From a bacterium (GTDB lineage Bacteria > Patescibacteriota > Minisyncoccia > Phycocordibacterales > UBA1550), in NCBI GenBank assembly GCA_030649835.1, contig JAUSES010000029.1, forward strand, positions 4,130 to 68,129: 64,000 bases of DNA, read 5' to 3'. Below the pieces are notes generated by a model. The model made no database searches. It worked only from the letters and a program-made list of their open reading frames with translations, and had not been told where the DNA came from. Position 1 is the stretch's first letter; every line of letters begins with the position of its first letter. Position numbers and translations under genes: made by a program. Of the stretch, positions 1 through 10,941 are shown piece by piece.

Positions 1-3000
1 CCTGTGCCGTTGGTAAAGCGTGCAACTACTCCGGTTGCGGTTTGTGAGACATGCAATCGTTGCTCTGGGGTGGTGGTGCCAATTCCCACATTCACTGCAA
101 ACGCTCCTGTCCCACCCAAAATGAGCGTATTTGAAGCGGTAGCTTGCGCCAAATAACCGATCGCGGCTGCATTGACGAGGTTGTTTGGAGTAGTCACGGT
201 GCCATCAGTGTATCCAGAGCTATATCCAATAAAAGTGTTCTGGTAGCCAACTGTGTTTGCGTTTCCTGATTGATATCCGATTGCCACAGATGAAGTGCCC
301 GTAGTATTGCTTGCTAGGGCTGAGTCTCCGATTGCAGTGTTTTGAATCCCACTTGAATTTGAAAACAATGCCGATTCCCCAATTGCAGTATTAGAATAAC
401 CTATTGTATTTAGATTAAGAGCTGAGTATCCAATTGCTACATTGAAAAAGCCTGTAGTATTTGAAAAAAGCGCTCTCCATCCTATTGCCGTGTTGAAGTC
501 AGAAGAAGTAGCGACATTAAGCGCCTGATATCCTATCGCAGTATTCTGTGAGCCGTCTGAAAGAAGCGCTGCTCCAGCACCTATCCCCGCTAGTGTTGAA
601 AAGTTTGTCGATGAAGCATACAAAATAGTATTTCCTGCCTGCTTGTAGCCGGAGTATTGGTCAGTGTTGATGAAGCCTGAAACGTCGAGTTTGTAGCCGG
701 GGATAGTCGTCCCTATTCCAACATTGTTTGATGAGTAATCATACACGAATCCGTTTGTTTCCACTGCGAATCCTCCAGCAAAGGTCGAGGTGGCGGTGGT
801 GCTTGTTGCCGTAAGGTAGTTGACCGTGGGACTTGTTGAGGAAGTGAGCGTCGTTCCATCAGAATGGAGCCACCCTTGTCCGAAGGATGTTTGACCCGTG
901 CCTCCCTTTGCGACTGTGAGGGTGCCGGAGATTGTGGCAAGAGTAGTCGTCGCCACCCATGCAGGCAAGCCGTTTGAAACACCGAGGACGTATCCACCGG
1001 TACCAATGCTGAGTTTGTTTAATACGTTTGCAGAGCCAGAATAGAGGAGATCACCTGCGGTATAGGTGGAGAAACCGGTACCACCGTAGAACTGGGAGAG
1101 CGTGGAGCTTGCAGAAACGAGACCACTAATTGCTTGGAGTGGGCCAGTCAATGTACCGAGTGAGAAGTTTGAAGTGAAAAGGTTGGTTGAGGATGCAGTG
1201 GTGGAGAAGGAATTTGTTGAGGTTGCGCTCGTTGTCGTTGCATTCGTAGAAACTAGACTCGGGAAGGTGTTGTTTGAAGTGGTAGTTGCGGTGAAGAATG
1301 CCCCCACAACTTCGCCCACGACGGAGAGTTTCGCGTAGGGGGTGGTGGTACCAATTCCCACATTCACGGCGTCCGCTCCAGTGCCACCGAGGACGATCGT
1401 GTTTGATGCACCGACGCGGGCATTTTTCCCGATGGCGGTAATGTTGGTAAGAACAGAGGTGCTTGCAACCGTTTCAGAACGTGAGGCTTGGTAACCAAGA
1501 AACGTTGCAAACGTGTCGATGACGGACCGCTGATCCTGAGTTGTCCCATCTCCATATCCTGCCTGATAACCAAGAGCAGTTCCTCCTTGCCCCGTGGTGT
1601 TTGAATAGAATGTACGAAATCCGTTCACTGTATTGCTTCCTCCTGAAATATTAGAAAAAAGCGAGTCCACGCCGCTAGCCGTGTTACTCCCTCCTGTTGT
1701 ATTAGAGGACATTGCAGACCTACCAATCGCCGTGTTGTTTCCTCCTGTAGTATTAGTTAGGAGTGCATTCATTCCCACACCTGTGTTATTGCCAGCAGTA
1801 GTGTTTGCAAAAAGCGAGCGATATCCAAGAGCCGTATTGCTATCCGACGATGTCGCCACATTAAGCGCCTGGTACCCTATCGCAGTATTCTGTATGCCAT
1901 CAAAAAGGAGTGCTGCTCCAGCGCCATTTCCCACGAGCGTTGAGAAGCTGGTGGATGATGCATATAAAATAGTATTTCCTGCTTGCTTGTAGCCGGAGTA
2001 TTGGTCAGTGTTGATGAAGCCTGAAACGTCGAGCTTGTAGCCGGGGATAGTCGTCCCTATTCCAACATTGTTTGATGAGTAATCATACACGAATCCGTTT
2101 GTTTCCACTGCGAATCCTCCCGCAAACGTGGAAGTGGCGGTGGTAGAAGTGGCATTTATGATATTTGAAGTGATCGTCCCTGCAACCGCAAGCATCGACA
2201 TCGGACTTGTCGTACCAATTCCCACATTCACGGCGTCCGCTCCAGTGCCACCGAGGACGATCGTGTTTGATGCACCGACGCGGGCGTTTTTCCCGATGGC
2301 GGTGCCGTTGGTGAGTGCTGTTGTGGATGCGACAGATGCATCACGTGAGGCTTGAAAACCAAAAAATGTCATAAATGTATCAATCACCGACTGCTGGTCT
2401 AGAGTGGTGCCGTCTCCTACTCCTGCTTGATACCCGATAGCAGTAGAAGAGGCGCCGGTGGTGTTGAACTGTAGGGCACCGTATCCATTTGCGGTGTTGG
2501 AAGAGCCGGTGGTGTTCTGGTTGAGTGAATAACTTCCCTCTGCGGTATTGTTCTCGCCCGTGGTATTAGCAGCTAGAGATACCACTCCGTTTGCTGTGTT
2601 TAAAGAGCCGGTAGTATTGTTAGCAAGCGACTGATAACCGCTTGAGGTATTAGAAGCCCCCGTAGTATTCAAAGTAAGAGCCCTATTTCCGTTTGCTGTA
2701 TTGAAAAGACCAGTGGTATTAGCACGGAGTGCAAAATAGCCATTTGCGGTATTGTAAGAGCCTGTTGTATTTCCCGAAAGAGCCTGCGCCCCTATCGCGC
2801 TATTCTGAATACCACTCGTGTTTGCGGTGAGCGCTATATATCCTACTGCTGTATTGTAGTCGGTAGATGTTGCTGTGTAGAGAGTTTGATAACCTATTGC
2901 CACATTCCCATCTCCCGATGTGTTAGAGTAAAGTGATTGATAACCATTACCAAGATTAAAAAAGCCCGTTGTATTTGAATAGCCTGCTTGATATCCAGTA

Positions 3001-4148
3001 GCAGAATTGCTAAATCCTGTTGTATTTGAACGAAGTGATTCATTCCCATTTGCGGTGTTTTGATAACCAGTGGTATTAGCGTATAGTGCCTTAAATCCAT
3101 TTGCTGTGTTTCTATATCCAGTTGTGTTGGAGAAAAGAGATTGATACCCCATTGAAGTAGATGACGCGCCTGTCGTATTAGAAAAAAGCGATTGATAGCC
3201 ATTTGTAGTATTTTCAGAGCCCGTAGTATTAGAGTAAAGGGACTGGTACCCCACAGCAGTTTGGTTACTGACAGTGGTATTTGAGTAGAGGGACTGATAG
3301 CCAAAAGCAGTATTGTTGGAGCCGGTGGTATTTGAAGCAAGAGATTGAGAGCCATTTGCAGTATTGTTAGAGCCGGTGTTGGTTAAAGCAGAGAGAGTGC
3401 CATACCCAATTGCGGTATTATTAGAGCCCGTAGTGGCAAAAACAAGGGCACCAGAACCGTTCGCGGTATTGTAGGATCCCGTAGTATTTAGAGAAAGGGA
3501 TTGGTCGCCATGTGCGGTGTTATCTGTTCCTGTAGTATTAAGGGTTAAGGCACCACGACCAGTTGCAGTGTTGGAAAATCCTGTAGTATTGGAACGAAGA
3601 GCCTGAACTCCAACCGCGGTATTATTATCCGACGATGTCGCCACATTAAGCGCCTGATACCCGATCGCAGTATTCTGTATGCCATCAAAAAGGAGCGCCG
3701 CTCCTGCGCCATTTCCCACGAGCGTTGAGAAGCTGGTGGATGATGCATATAAAATAGTATTTCCTGCCTGCTTGTAGCCGGAGTATTGGTCAGTGTTGAT
3801 GAAGCCTGAAACGTCGAGTTTGTAGCTAGGAATAGTCGTTCCAATCCCCACGTTGTTTGTAAAATAATCGTACACAAGTCCACTCGTTTCTGTGGCGAAC
3901 CCACCTGCAAAAGTAGAGGTTGCAGTGCTGCTGGTTGCTGTAAAATATCCAGCCGAAGCTGAGGCTCCGAGATTTGAGACCGAAACAGTACAGTCAGTTG
4001 TTGTTGGAGAACATGTTGGATCAAGTGTTTCACCCGGTGCGTATAATGGTGCCGCGAATACTGTACTCGAAAAAGCAAACAAGGAAAAAACAAACACGTA
4101 GTATGTTTTTTTAAATAATGCAAATCTGCGCGGGTAGATTATTCGCAT
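1..4148 (-). CDS. Large secreted repeat protein (adhesin/tail-fibre-like beta-helix, NTxG..NTAxG..AL and NVGIGTTTP repeats); runs off the window at its 3' end
   Basis: Not in the ORF track (no stop in window). Manual translation from ATG 4148 gives MRIIYPRRFALFKKTYYVFVFSLFAFSSTVFAAPLYAPGETLDPTCSP...; the same frame near position 1 reads NVGIGTTTPEQRLHVSQ. Confidence 0.85.
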   Translation of the reverse strand, partial: MRIIYPRRFALFKKTYYVFVFSLFAFSSTVFAAPLYAPGETLDPTCSPTTTDCTVSVSNLGASASAGYFTATSSTATSTFAGGFATETSGLVYDYFTNNVGIGTTIPSYKLDVSGFINTDQYSGYKQAGNTILYASSTSFSTLVGNGAGAALLFDGIQNTAIGYQALNVATSSDNNTAVGVQALRSNTTGFSNTATGRGALTLNTTGTDNTAHGDQSLSLNTTGSYNTANGSGALVFATTGSNNTAIGYGTLSALTNTGSNNTANGSQSLASNTTGSNNTAFGYQSLYSNTTVSNQTAVGYQSLYSNTTGSENTTNGYQSLFSNTTGASSTSMGYQSLFSNTTGYRNTANGFKALYANTTGYQNTANGNESLRSNTTGFSNSATGYQAGYSNTTGFFNLGNGYQSLYSNTSGDGNVAIGYQTLYTATSTDYNTAVGYIALTANTSGIQNSAIGAQALSGNTTGSYNTANGYFALRANTTGLFNTANGNRALTLNTTGASNTSSGYQSLANNTTGSLNTANGVVSLAANTTGENNTAEGSYSLNQNTTGSSNTANGYGALQFNTTGASSTAIGYQAGVGDGTTLDQQSVIDTFMTFFGFQASRDASVASTTALTNGTAIGKNARVGASNTIVLGGTGADAVNVGIGTTSPMSMLAVAGTITSNIINATSTTATSTFAGGFAVETNGFVYDYSSNNVGIGTTIPGYKLDVSGFINTDQYSGYKQAGNTILYASSTSFSTLVGNGAGAALLFDGIQNTAIGYQALNVATSSDSNTALGYRSLFANTTAGNNTGVGMNALLTNTTGGNNTAIGRSAMSSNTTGGSNTASGVDSLFSNISGGSNTVNGFRTFYSNTTGQGGTALGYQAGYGDGTTQDQRSVIDTFATFLGYQASRSETVASTSVLTNITAIGKNARVGASNTIVLGGTGADAVNVGIGTTTPYAKLSVVGEVVGAFFTATTTSNNTFPSLVSTNATTTSATSTNSFSTTASSTNLFTSNFSLGTLTGPLQAISGLVSASSTLSQFYGGTGFSTYTAGDLLYSGSANVLNKLSIGTGGYVLGVSNGLPAWVATTTLATISGTLTVAKGGTGQTSFGQGWLHSDGTTLTSSTSPTVNYLTATSTTATSTFAGGFAVETNGFVYDYSSNNVGIGTTIPGYKLDVSGFINTDQYSGYKQAGNTILYASSTNFSTLAGIGAGAALLSDGSQNTAIGYQALNVATSSDFNTAIGWRALFSNTTGFFNVAIGYSALNLNTIGYSNTAIGESALFSNSSGIQNTAIGDSALASNTTGTSSVAIGYQSGNANTVGYQNTFIGYSSGYTDGTVTTPNNLVNAAAIGYLAQATASNTLILGGTGAFAVNVGIGTTTPEQRLHVSQTATGVVARFTNGT

Positions 4149-4266
4149 AATACCTCATTCATATTATACACTATCTTCGGTGCGTATGACGAGCAAAAAT
4201 CAATAGATGGGGAGGTTCGCTACGCGCACCTCCCCATCTATTGATTTTCGCTTTCTGACACACAAA

Positions 4267-6183
4267 TTAAACCTCAAACTTCTTCTGAATAATTCCTCTC
4301 GGTGCCTCAACTTCTTGCGAGAAATCTGCCTGTGCGTAGGAGCCATCCTGTCCTTTTCTCATCACGCCCACATTGTATGTTCCCTTTGCCACCAACATAT
4401 AGTATCTGCCGAGTGCATCGGTAATACTTTTTCGCACCTCAACCTTACTATCCGGATGGGAAACTTTCACGACGCCAAAAGCAAGAGGGAGCCCCGTCTC
4501 TTTTTCAATGACTACCCCATGCGGTCTGTCCCCAGTTCCTACCTTGCGGAGAACCCAAACAAAAACATACAGTCCCCAAATTGCAAAATTATACGGCTGA
4601 GGATCAATAAAAATAATAAAAAGAGTTACAATAAAACCAACTATAAATAGGATGCGCGATAGTCGCTCAATAAAAATAATATTACGCGAATAAAACCCCA
4701 TAAGGTGCTGTGTGCGTTTTGCATATTCGTTCCAGTCAAACCCTTCGGGGTCCATGGGAATATCACGCGCAAGAAATGCCCCACCTTCAGTTAGTATAAG
4801 AGGTTCCCCAAAATATAGATTTCCGTAAAACTCATCCGCTGTTTTCCCCGCAAGCACCGTTGACGGAAATTTATAATTTGTTTTATTTACTACAATGCGA
4901 TAGATCCCCGGGGGCGCAAAAAACCCATACCGTCCATCAAGGTCAGTAAATGCCGTCGCAACTTCTTTCCCCTCAAGGGTTTGCAGTTCAACATACGCAG
5001 GATCAAGTGGTTGTTTTGTCACACTGTCATACACAGCGCCCCATGGGCGATGACGACGTTTGAGCCCAAACACGGTGAGCAGGAGTCCCCACAGCTGTGC
5101 GGGAAGTAGGAGCAACTCAGAAAATGAAAATGCCTGCGCAAACAGAAGCGAAAAGAGAGACGTGGTTCCTCCCATCACTACACCAGCAGTAGTTACCGTA
5201 TTACTTGTAATCGCCCCCTGAGGTGTATCTAAAACTATTTTTGCCCCTTGCCGAACATTATCAACTGACTTACGCGCCTGTACCGTACTTCTGTTTACTG
5301 ATTCTTTTGCATTTGAAAATGCGGTGCCTATGCTCGTGATAATATTACCGACTTGTTCTGAAACAGTGTTAACCACTGACGAAAAAGTACCTCCTCCTCC
5401 GCCACCCCCACCAGATGACCCACTATTATTTTGCCCTCCATTTTGCCCTCCATCGGGAGAAGGAATTGGGATTGGAGTAGGGGTTGGTTCTAATGTAGGA
5501 GTTGGAGTTGGGGTGGGCGCAGGTTCTGGTACGGGTGTAGGTTCGGGTATCGGCGTTGGAGGAGGTGTTGGTTCTGGGGTCGGTTCTGACGTTGGTGTAG
5601 GTGGCACAACCACTGGTCCCCCTCCCACAGGATCCGTTTCATTATTGTCACCTGTCCCTGTACACCCAGGATCTGTGGGATAATCTACTTTCCCATCACT
5701 GTCATCATCAATAACATTGCTACACTGTGGAGGTAACCAGTTTGTTTGTACTTTGTGTGAGAGCGTGCCACACGTGCTATCTGTCGCGCAGCTAAAAACA
5801 AGCCAGCCTTTTGTTTCACTCCACGCATAGCCATTAAAGTTTCCCGATGCATCGATGGTCACCCCGCCATTTGTGGGCTTAAAATTTATCCAGCCTGTGT
5901 TTTGCCCCCATGCATACCCGGTAAGGACGCCACTTCCGTTGTTTGTCACACCGCCATTTGTGGGTGCCAAATTGATCCAGCCAAAATTTGTACTCCATGC
6001 GTAACCAGTTATGTTTCCGCTATTCACCACCACGCCACCATTCGTACTACCAAAATTCACCAAAGAATTGTCATCCAAAAACCGCGCATACTTGTTTGTT
6101 GTATCAATGGTCCCCGCAGATGTAAGAAGAGGGACGGCGAAAAAGAAAAAAAGAGTGAGGGCGAGACGCTTCATTGACAACAT
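4267..6183 (-). CDS. Secreted/membrane protein with GYAW..N.GWI repeats, Pro/Thr linker, carboxypeptidase-regulatory-like domains and TM helices
   Basis: 638-aa ORF; signal peptide, three GYAW repeats, PTPEP linker, TDLDGRYGF motif. Confidence 0.8.
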   Translation of the reverse strand: MLSMKRLALTLFFFFAVPLLTSAGTIDTTNKYARFLDDNSLVNFGSTNGGVVVNSGNITGYAWSTNFGWINLAPTNGGVTNNGSGVLTGYAWGQNTGWINFKPTNGGVTIDASGNFNGYAWSETKGWLVFSCATDSTCGTLSHKVQTNWLPPQCSNVIDDDSDGKVDYPTDPGCTGTGDNNETDPVGGGPVVVPPTPTSEPTPEPTPPPTPIPEPTPVPEPAPTPTPTPTLEPTPTPIPIPSPDGGQNGGQNNSGSSGGGGGGGGTFSSVVNTVSEQVGNIITSIGTAFSNAKESVNRSTVQARKSVDNVRQGAKIVLDTPQGAITSNTVTTAGVVMGGTTSLFSLLFAQAFSFSELLLLPAQLWGLLLTVFGLKRRHRPWGAVYDSVTKQPLDPAYVELQTLEGKEVATAFTDLDGRYGFFAPPGIYRIVVNKTNYKFPSTVLAGKTADEFYGNLYFGEPLILTEGGAFLARDIPMDPEGFDWNEYAKRTQHLMGFYSRNIIFIERLSRILFIVGFIVTLFIIFIDPQPYNFAIWGLYVFVWVLRKVGTGDRPHGVVIEKETGLPLAFGVVKVSHPDSKVEVRKSITDALGRYYMLVAKGTYNVGVMRKGQDGSYAQADFSQEVEAPRGIIQKKFEV

Positions 6184-6283
6184 TGTACAAAATTTGACAA
6201 CTTTCTACAATTTGATACACTACTTGAGTTAATGTCCGTCCCGAAAGCGGACTTTTTTGTTAATAATTAACTGAAAAATCACC

Positions 6284-7549
6284 ATGTTAGACTTAAAAAC
6301 ACTGGGTTCCGCGCTTGAACAGCTTGAAGTAGAGAGAGGGATTCCGCGCGCAAAAATCATTGAGGCTATTGAGCAGGCTCTTGCTGCTGCCTACAAAAAA
6401 GATTTTGGAAAGAAGGGGCAAATTGTCCGTGGGGTTTTTGATATAAACTCTGGCAAAGCAGAATTCATTCAAGTGAAAATTGTAGTTGATGAAAATGCCG
6501 TACGTATGCCGGACGACAGTGACGAGGAGGCGGAAGCAAAAGAAAAAGCGCTCAACGCTGATGTTCCCGAAGGTGAGGAAATCTCCCTCCGCCGTTTCAG
6601 CCCTGAGCACGACATTCTTCTCGCAGATGCGCGCCGTATCAAGCGCGACGCCGTTTCGGGCGACGAAGTTATTTTCCCTCTTGAGGCGCACGACGACTAC
6701 GGTCGCATCGCTGCGCAAACCGCAAAGCAGGTGATCATTCAGCGTATTCGCGAAGCAGAAAAAGTTTCTATCATTGGTGAATACGGCACAAAGACTGGCG
6801 ACATTGTGCAAGGCACCGTGCAGAGAATGGAGCGCGGAAACATTTTTGTTGACCTCGGCAAAACAACGGGTCTCCTTGCATACGAGGACCAGATCCCAAG
6901 CGAGCGCTACAAGCAAGGCGAGCGCATTAGCGCATTCTTATATAAAGTAGAGGAGACACCTCGTGGCATTGACGTACGTCTTTCTCGTGCGCATCCAAAA
7001 ATGATTGAGAAACTTTTTGCGCAAGAGGCTCCCGAGGTTGCCGCAGGCACCGTGCAAATCAAAGCAGTTGCTCGTGAAGCAGGCTCACGTGCAAAGGTTG
7101 CTGTGTCTTCCTCAGACGAACACATCGACCCCATCGGCTCCTGTGTGGGTCAGCGTGGTGTGCGTGTTTCTACCGTCATGAGTGAGCTCGGTGGTGAGAA
7201 AATTGACCTCATTATGTGGTCGGAGGATTCAAAAAAGTTTATCGAAGACTCTCTTTCTCCTGCACAAGTACAGTCTGTAGTTCTTGATGAAGAAAAACAC
7301 CAAGCCACGGTAACGGTTTCGGCAGACCAGCAGTCACTCGCAATCGGTCGCGGTGGACAAAATGTTCGCCTCGCCGCAAAGCTCACCGGCTGGAAGCTCG
7401 ACATCGTTGGTCTTGCAAGTGAAGTAGTAGCCGAAGCAACACCTGAAGGCGGAGTAAAAACAGAAGAGGCAACTGAGACCCTAGACCTAAAGGCTGCTGT
7501 AGCTGAAGCCACCTCTGAAACAACAGAAACTCCCGCAGTATCCGAATAA
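6284..7549 (+). CDS. nusA: Transcription termination/antitermination factor NusA
   Basis: GRIAAQTAKQVI, AREAGSRAKVAV, IGSCVGQRGVRV, AIGRGGQNVRLAAKLTGW motifs. Confidence 0.98.
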   Translation: MLDLKTLGSALEQLEVERGIPRAKIIEAIEQALAAAYKKDFGKKGQIVRGVFDINSGKAEFIQVKIVVDENAVRMPDDSDEEAEAKEKALNADVPEGEEISLRRFSPEHDILLADARRIKRDAVSGDEVIFPLEAHDDYGRIAAQTAKQVIIQRIREAEKVSIIGEYGTKTGDIVQGTVQRMERGNIFVDLGKTTGLLAYEDQIPSERYKQGERISAFLYKVEETPRGIDVRLSRAHPKMIEKLFAQEAPEVAAGTVQIKAVAREAGSRAKVAVSSSDEHIDPIGSCVGQRGVRVSTVMSELGGEKIDLIMWSEDSKKFIEDSLSPAQVQSVVLDEEKHQATVTVSADQQSLAIGRGGQNVRLAAKLTGWKLDIVGLASEVVAEATPEGGVKTEEATETLDLKAAVAEATSETTETPAVSE

Positions 7550-7582
7550 TCCTATTAGCTAATAACCTAACACCTAAAACCT

Positions 7583-8119
7583 ATGTCTACAAATCTCTGG
7601 CATGATATTTCACTCGGCGACAATGCTCCTAAGGAAATCAACGTCATTGTTGAAATTCCAAAAGGCTCCAAAAATAAATACGAAATCGATAAAAAGACGG
7701 GGCTCATTGCGCTTGACCGCGCAATGCATAGCGCGCAGGATTACCCTTTTGACTACGGCTTTGTGCCACAAACACTGTGGGATGACGGCGATGCACTCGA
7801 CGTAGTGCTTCTCACTACCTATCCACTTGCTCCGGGGATTTTGGTAAGTGCTCGTCCAGTTGCTATTATGCACATGATTGATGGCGGTGAGGGCGACGAC
7901 AAAGTGATTGCAGTGCCTGTCGGCGATCCACGCTGGGCGGAAGTGCAGGATTTAAAAGACATCAACAAGCATACACTCAAAGAAATTGAGCATTTTTTCA
8001 CCACCTACAAAACAATTCAAAATAAAGTGGTGGAAGTGTCTGGGTTTGAAGGGAAGGATGCTGCCCATGCAGGGGTTTTAAAGAGTATTGAGCTCTATAA
8101 AAAAGAATTTGGGAAGTAG
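7583..8119 (+). CDS. ppa: Inorganic pyrophosphatase, family I
   Basis: EIPKGSKNKYE, YGFVPQT, DGDALDV motifs. Confidence 0.96.
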   Translation: MSTNLWHDISLGDNAPKEINVIVEIPKGSKNKYEIDKKTGLIALDRAMHSAQDYPFDYGFVPQTLWDDGDALDVVLLTTYPLAPGILVSARPVAIMHMIDGGEGDDKVIAVPVGDPRWAEVQDLKDINKHTLKEIEHFFTTYKTIQNKVVEVSGFEGKDAAHAGVLKSIELYKKEFGK

Positions 8120-8389
8120 CGGGGGGAACTAAAATACACACTCGGGACGGTGGGAACGGGAACCCACATGAGAAGGAAACGCACAGTCGCTACGCGACTG
8201 TGCGTTTCCTTGTTTTTATGTGTTCTTGCCATCCATATTCCTTCTGTCCCAAATGTTCCTACTGTCCCCTTTCTCTATCCCCTCTCTCCCTTGTAGCCCA
8301 CACTCTTTCCTTATATACTACCTGTATGTGTGAGAAGAGGGGTCGTTGGGACTACAAAATTAATAGTTTTAAATAAACAAATAAAATAT

Positions 8390-9229
8390 ATGAGAAAAAA
8401 CATTATCGCCCTTGCTTTACTTATCGCCTTCGGCGGAGTTGGGATGGCGAGCGCAGAGACAGACGGAACAGGAAGCGCTGATGCATCCGTAACGACAAAC
8501 ACGAGCACGAGTGAGTCATCAACGGGAACCCTCGGGCTACCTCCGACAGTGCCAAAACTTCGCGCAGAAACACGTGAGCAAATGGAAATGAAGGCAAGAG
8601 TGCTTCGCGCGTCTACCACAGAGATGCGCAAGGACATGCGCGCCTCAACCACTGCAGCCATCAAAGTTATGCATGGAGAAATGAAGGGCGACATGAAAGA
8701 CGCACGACACGAAATGGAAGCGCGCGCAAAAGCACTTCGCGCATCAAGCACCATGGCGCGTGAAAACATGAAAGATGAACAGCACAAAAAGCGTCTTGAA
8801 CAAGCACGCAAGAAACTGGAGATGATTGACAAGCGTTTGGAAGCGGCAATTGAGCGCGTTCAAAAACTTTCTGACCGTGTTTCTGAAAGACTCAGCCAGC
8901 AACCAGCAGGCTCAACGACCGTTTCCCTATCTCATCTCGCAGAAGCTAAAGTAAAGCTCGATGAAGCGCGCACCAAATCTGCGTCCCTCAAGCTTTCTAT
9001 TGAAACAGCCCTCGCAAGCTCAGGCTCTGGAACCGCATCAAGCACCACACCAAAAGATGTACTCAAGGATGTGCGCGACGCAGTGAAAGATACTACCGAC
9101 TTGATAAAAGAAGCACACCGCCATGTTGTTCTTGCAATTTCTTCACTAAAGCCAGGACTTAAAAAAGATCGTCCTGCAACAACGACAGCACAAGTGGGCG
9201 CTACTACTAGTGCTACGGTAACTCAGTAA
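8390..9229 (+). CDS. Secreted coiled-coil hypothetical protein
   Basis: Signal peptide MRKNIIALALL..., long helical repeats; start placed at second Met. Confidence 0.75.
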   Translation: MRKNIIALALLIAFGGVGMASAETDGTGSADASVTTNTSTSESSTGTLGLPPTVPKLRAETREQMEMKARVLRASTTEMRKDMRASTTAAIKVMHGEMKGDMKDARHEMEARAKALRASSTMARENMKDEQHKKRLEQARKKLEMIDKRLEAAIERVQKLSDRVSERLSQQPAGSTTVSLSHLAEAKVKLDEARTKSASLKLSIETALASSGSGTASSTTPKDVLKDVRDAVKDTTDLIKEAHRHVVLAISSLKPGLKKDRPATTTAQVGATTSATVTQ

Positions 9230-9341
9230 TCTTATTAGCGACGTAGGACGAGCGAAGCGAAAAGTAATCTTTTCATTTCCGAGCCGAGGAGCTAATATAA
9301 GGGTTGAATACCGCTTTTATTCGTATAATTCATTAACTATT

Positions 9342-9638
9342 ATGGACACCAACATGAACATGGGCACACAAATGCCTACAGAAAAAAAATCAACGGGTGC
9401 AACAATAAGCATTATTGTTATCGTACTCGTTCTTGCATTCGGCGCATACTACTTCCTAAAGCAGGTTCCTGCCGGAATGGACAATGGCGCCGTCACCGAA
9501 TCTGAACTCCAAAATGACCAAGTAGCAAACGCACTTTCTACTCAAGGGTCATCGACAGACATCGCTGATATCCAAAAAGACCTTGACGCAACCGACTTCT
9601 CCGGTATCGACGCAGGCCTAAGCGACGTAACAATCTAA
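9342..9638 (+). CDS. Small single-TM hypothetical protein
   Basis: 98-aa ORF, one TM helix, acidic tail. Confidence 0.7.
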   Translation: MDTNMNMGTQMPTEKKSTGATISIIVIVLVLAFGAYYFLKQVPAGMDNGAVTESELQNDQVANALSTQGSSTDIADIQKDLDATDFSGIDAGLSDVTI

Positions 9639-9890
9639 CAATCCTTTTCTCTCTCAAAAAATAAAGGACCGACCTTCTTGAATACTTAAGGTCGGTCCTT
9701 TATTTTTTGTAAACTTTCCTGCCCCTACACCTATTCCCGCATTGTTTAGCTTTTAGAATATTCGGTTACGAGGCGACATTAATCCTTTTTATATTTTCCA
9801 TTCAGTGGTGGTTGTTTAGAAGAACAAAAGCGATACGGGGATAGGTGTAGGGGCTTGCAGAACTGTCTTCAAAAGTATATATTGGGGCTC

Positions 9891-10907
9891 ATGATAAATA
9901 TCAAAACCACCCTAAAAAACATTTCTGAAAGCGAAGTAGAGATTCTTTGTGAGGTTCCCTCTGACACATTTGAGAAAGAACGCCCTATTGCACTCAAGAA
10001 AATTGGTGAGGAAGTAACACTTCCGGGTTTTCGCAAGGGGCACGTGCCGGAGTCAATGATTGTTCAAAAATTTGGTGAGGCACTCATCCTCGAAGAAATG
10101 GCAAACCTCGCCATGGACCGCGCCTACAGCGAGATTTTAAATCGCCACAAGGTGAATGCGATTGCAATGCCAAATGTACAGATAAAAAAGCTCGCTATGG
10201 GTAACCCTTTTGAGTTCACACTCACCTTTCAAGTGATGCCTGAAATAAAACTTCCTGATTATAAAAAAATTGCAAAGGAAGTGATGACTATTACAGAAAA
10301 AACTGATGTTACCGACGAGGAAGTGGCGCAAGCAGAAAAGGAGCTCAGCAAACAATTTGCAACCAAAGATCCCGAGGGAAAAGAAGTTCTCCCAGAAATA
10401 ACCGACGAACTTGCACAGAAGTTTGGACCATTTAAAGATGTGGCAGAGTTCCGCACAAAAATCCGTGAGTCAATCGCCCATGAAAAAACAACTCGCGCTC
10501 GCGAAAAGAAACGTATGCAGATTATGGAAAAGGTTGCAGACGGTATCACCACAAAGCTTCCACAAGTATTAATAGACGGTGAGCTTGAGAGAATGATCGG
10601 TCAGTTCAAACACGATGTGGAACAAATGGGGATGAAGTTTGAAGACTACCTCGCGACCACAAAGAAAACTATTGAGGAAATGCGCAAAGAATGGACTTCC
10701 GACGCAGAGAAGCGCGCGAAAGTGCAAATAGCCCTCAACGAAATTTCTCTTTTAGAAAAAATTGAGCCACTTGCAGACGACATCGAGCGCGAATCCAAAT
10801 TTTTCCTCGAAAAATACCCCGACACCGATCCCGCACGTGTCCGCCTCCACCTCTCCATGATGCTCACCAATGAAAAAGTCTTCCAGTTTTTGGAAGCTCA
10901 AAAATAA
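9891..10907 (+). CDS. tig: Trigger factor (short form, PPIase domain reduced)
   Basis: LPGFRKGHVP ribosome-binding motif; LPEITDELAQ; SurA-like C-terminus. Confidence 0.93.
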   Translation: MINIKTTLKNISESEVEILCEVPSDTFEKERPIALKKIGEEVTLPGFRKGHVPESMIVQKFGEALILEEMANLAMDRAYSEILNRHKVNAIAMPNVQIKKLAMGNPFEFTLTFQVMPEIKLPDYKKIAKEVMTITEKTDVTDEEVAQAEKELSKQFATKDPEGKEVLPEITDELAQKFGPFKDVAEFRTKIRESIAHEKTTRAREKKRMQIMEKVADGITTKLPQVLIDGELERMIGQFKHDVEQMGMKFEDYLATTKKTIEEMRKEWTSDAEKRAKVQIALNEISLLEKIEPLADDIERESKFFLEKYPDTDPARVRLHLSMMLTNEKVFQFLEAQK

Positions 10908-10941
10908 TCTCAGAAAAGACCGGCATAATGCCGGTTTTTTC

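Noticed and set aside
713-4123. Multiple short ORFs in the track
   Set aside because: They are shadow frames of one long minus-strand gene (start 4148) that runs off the window.
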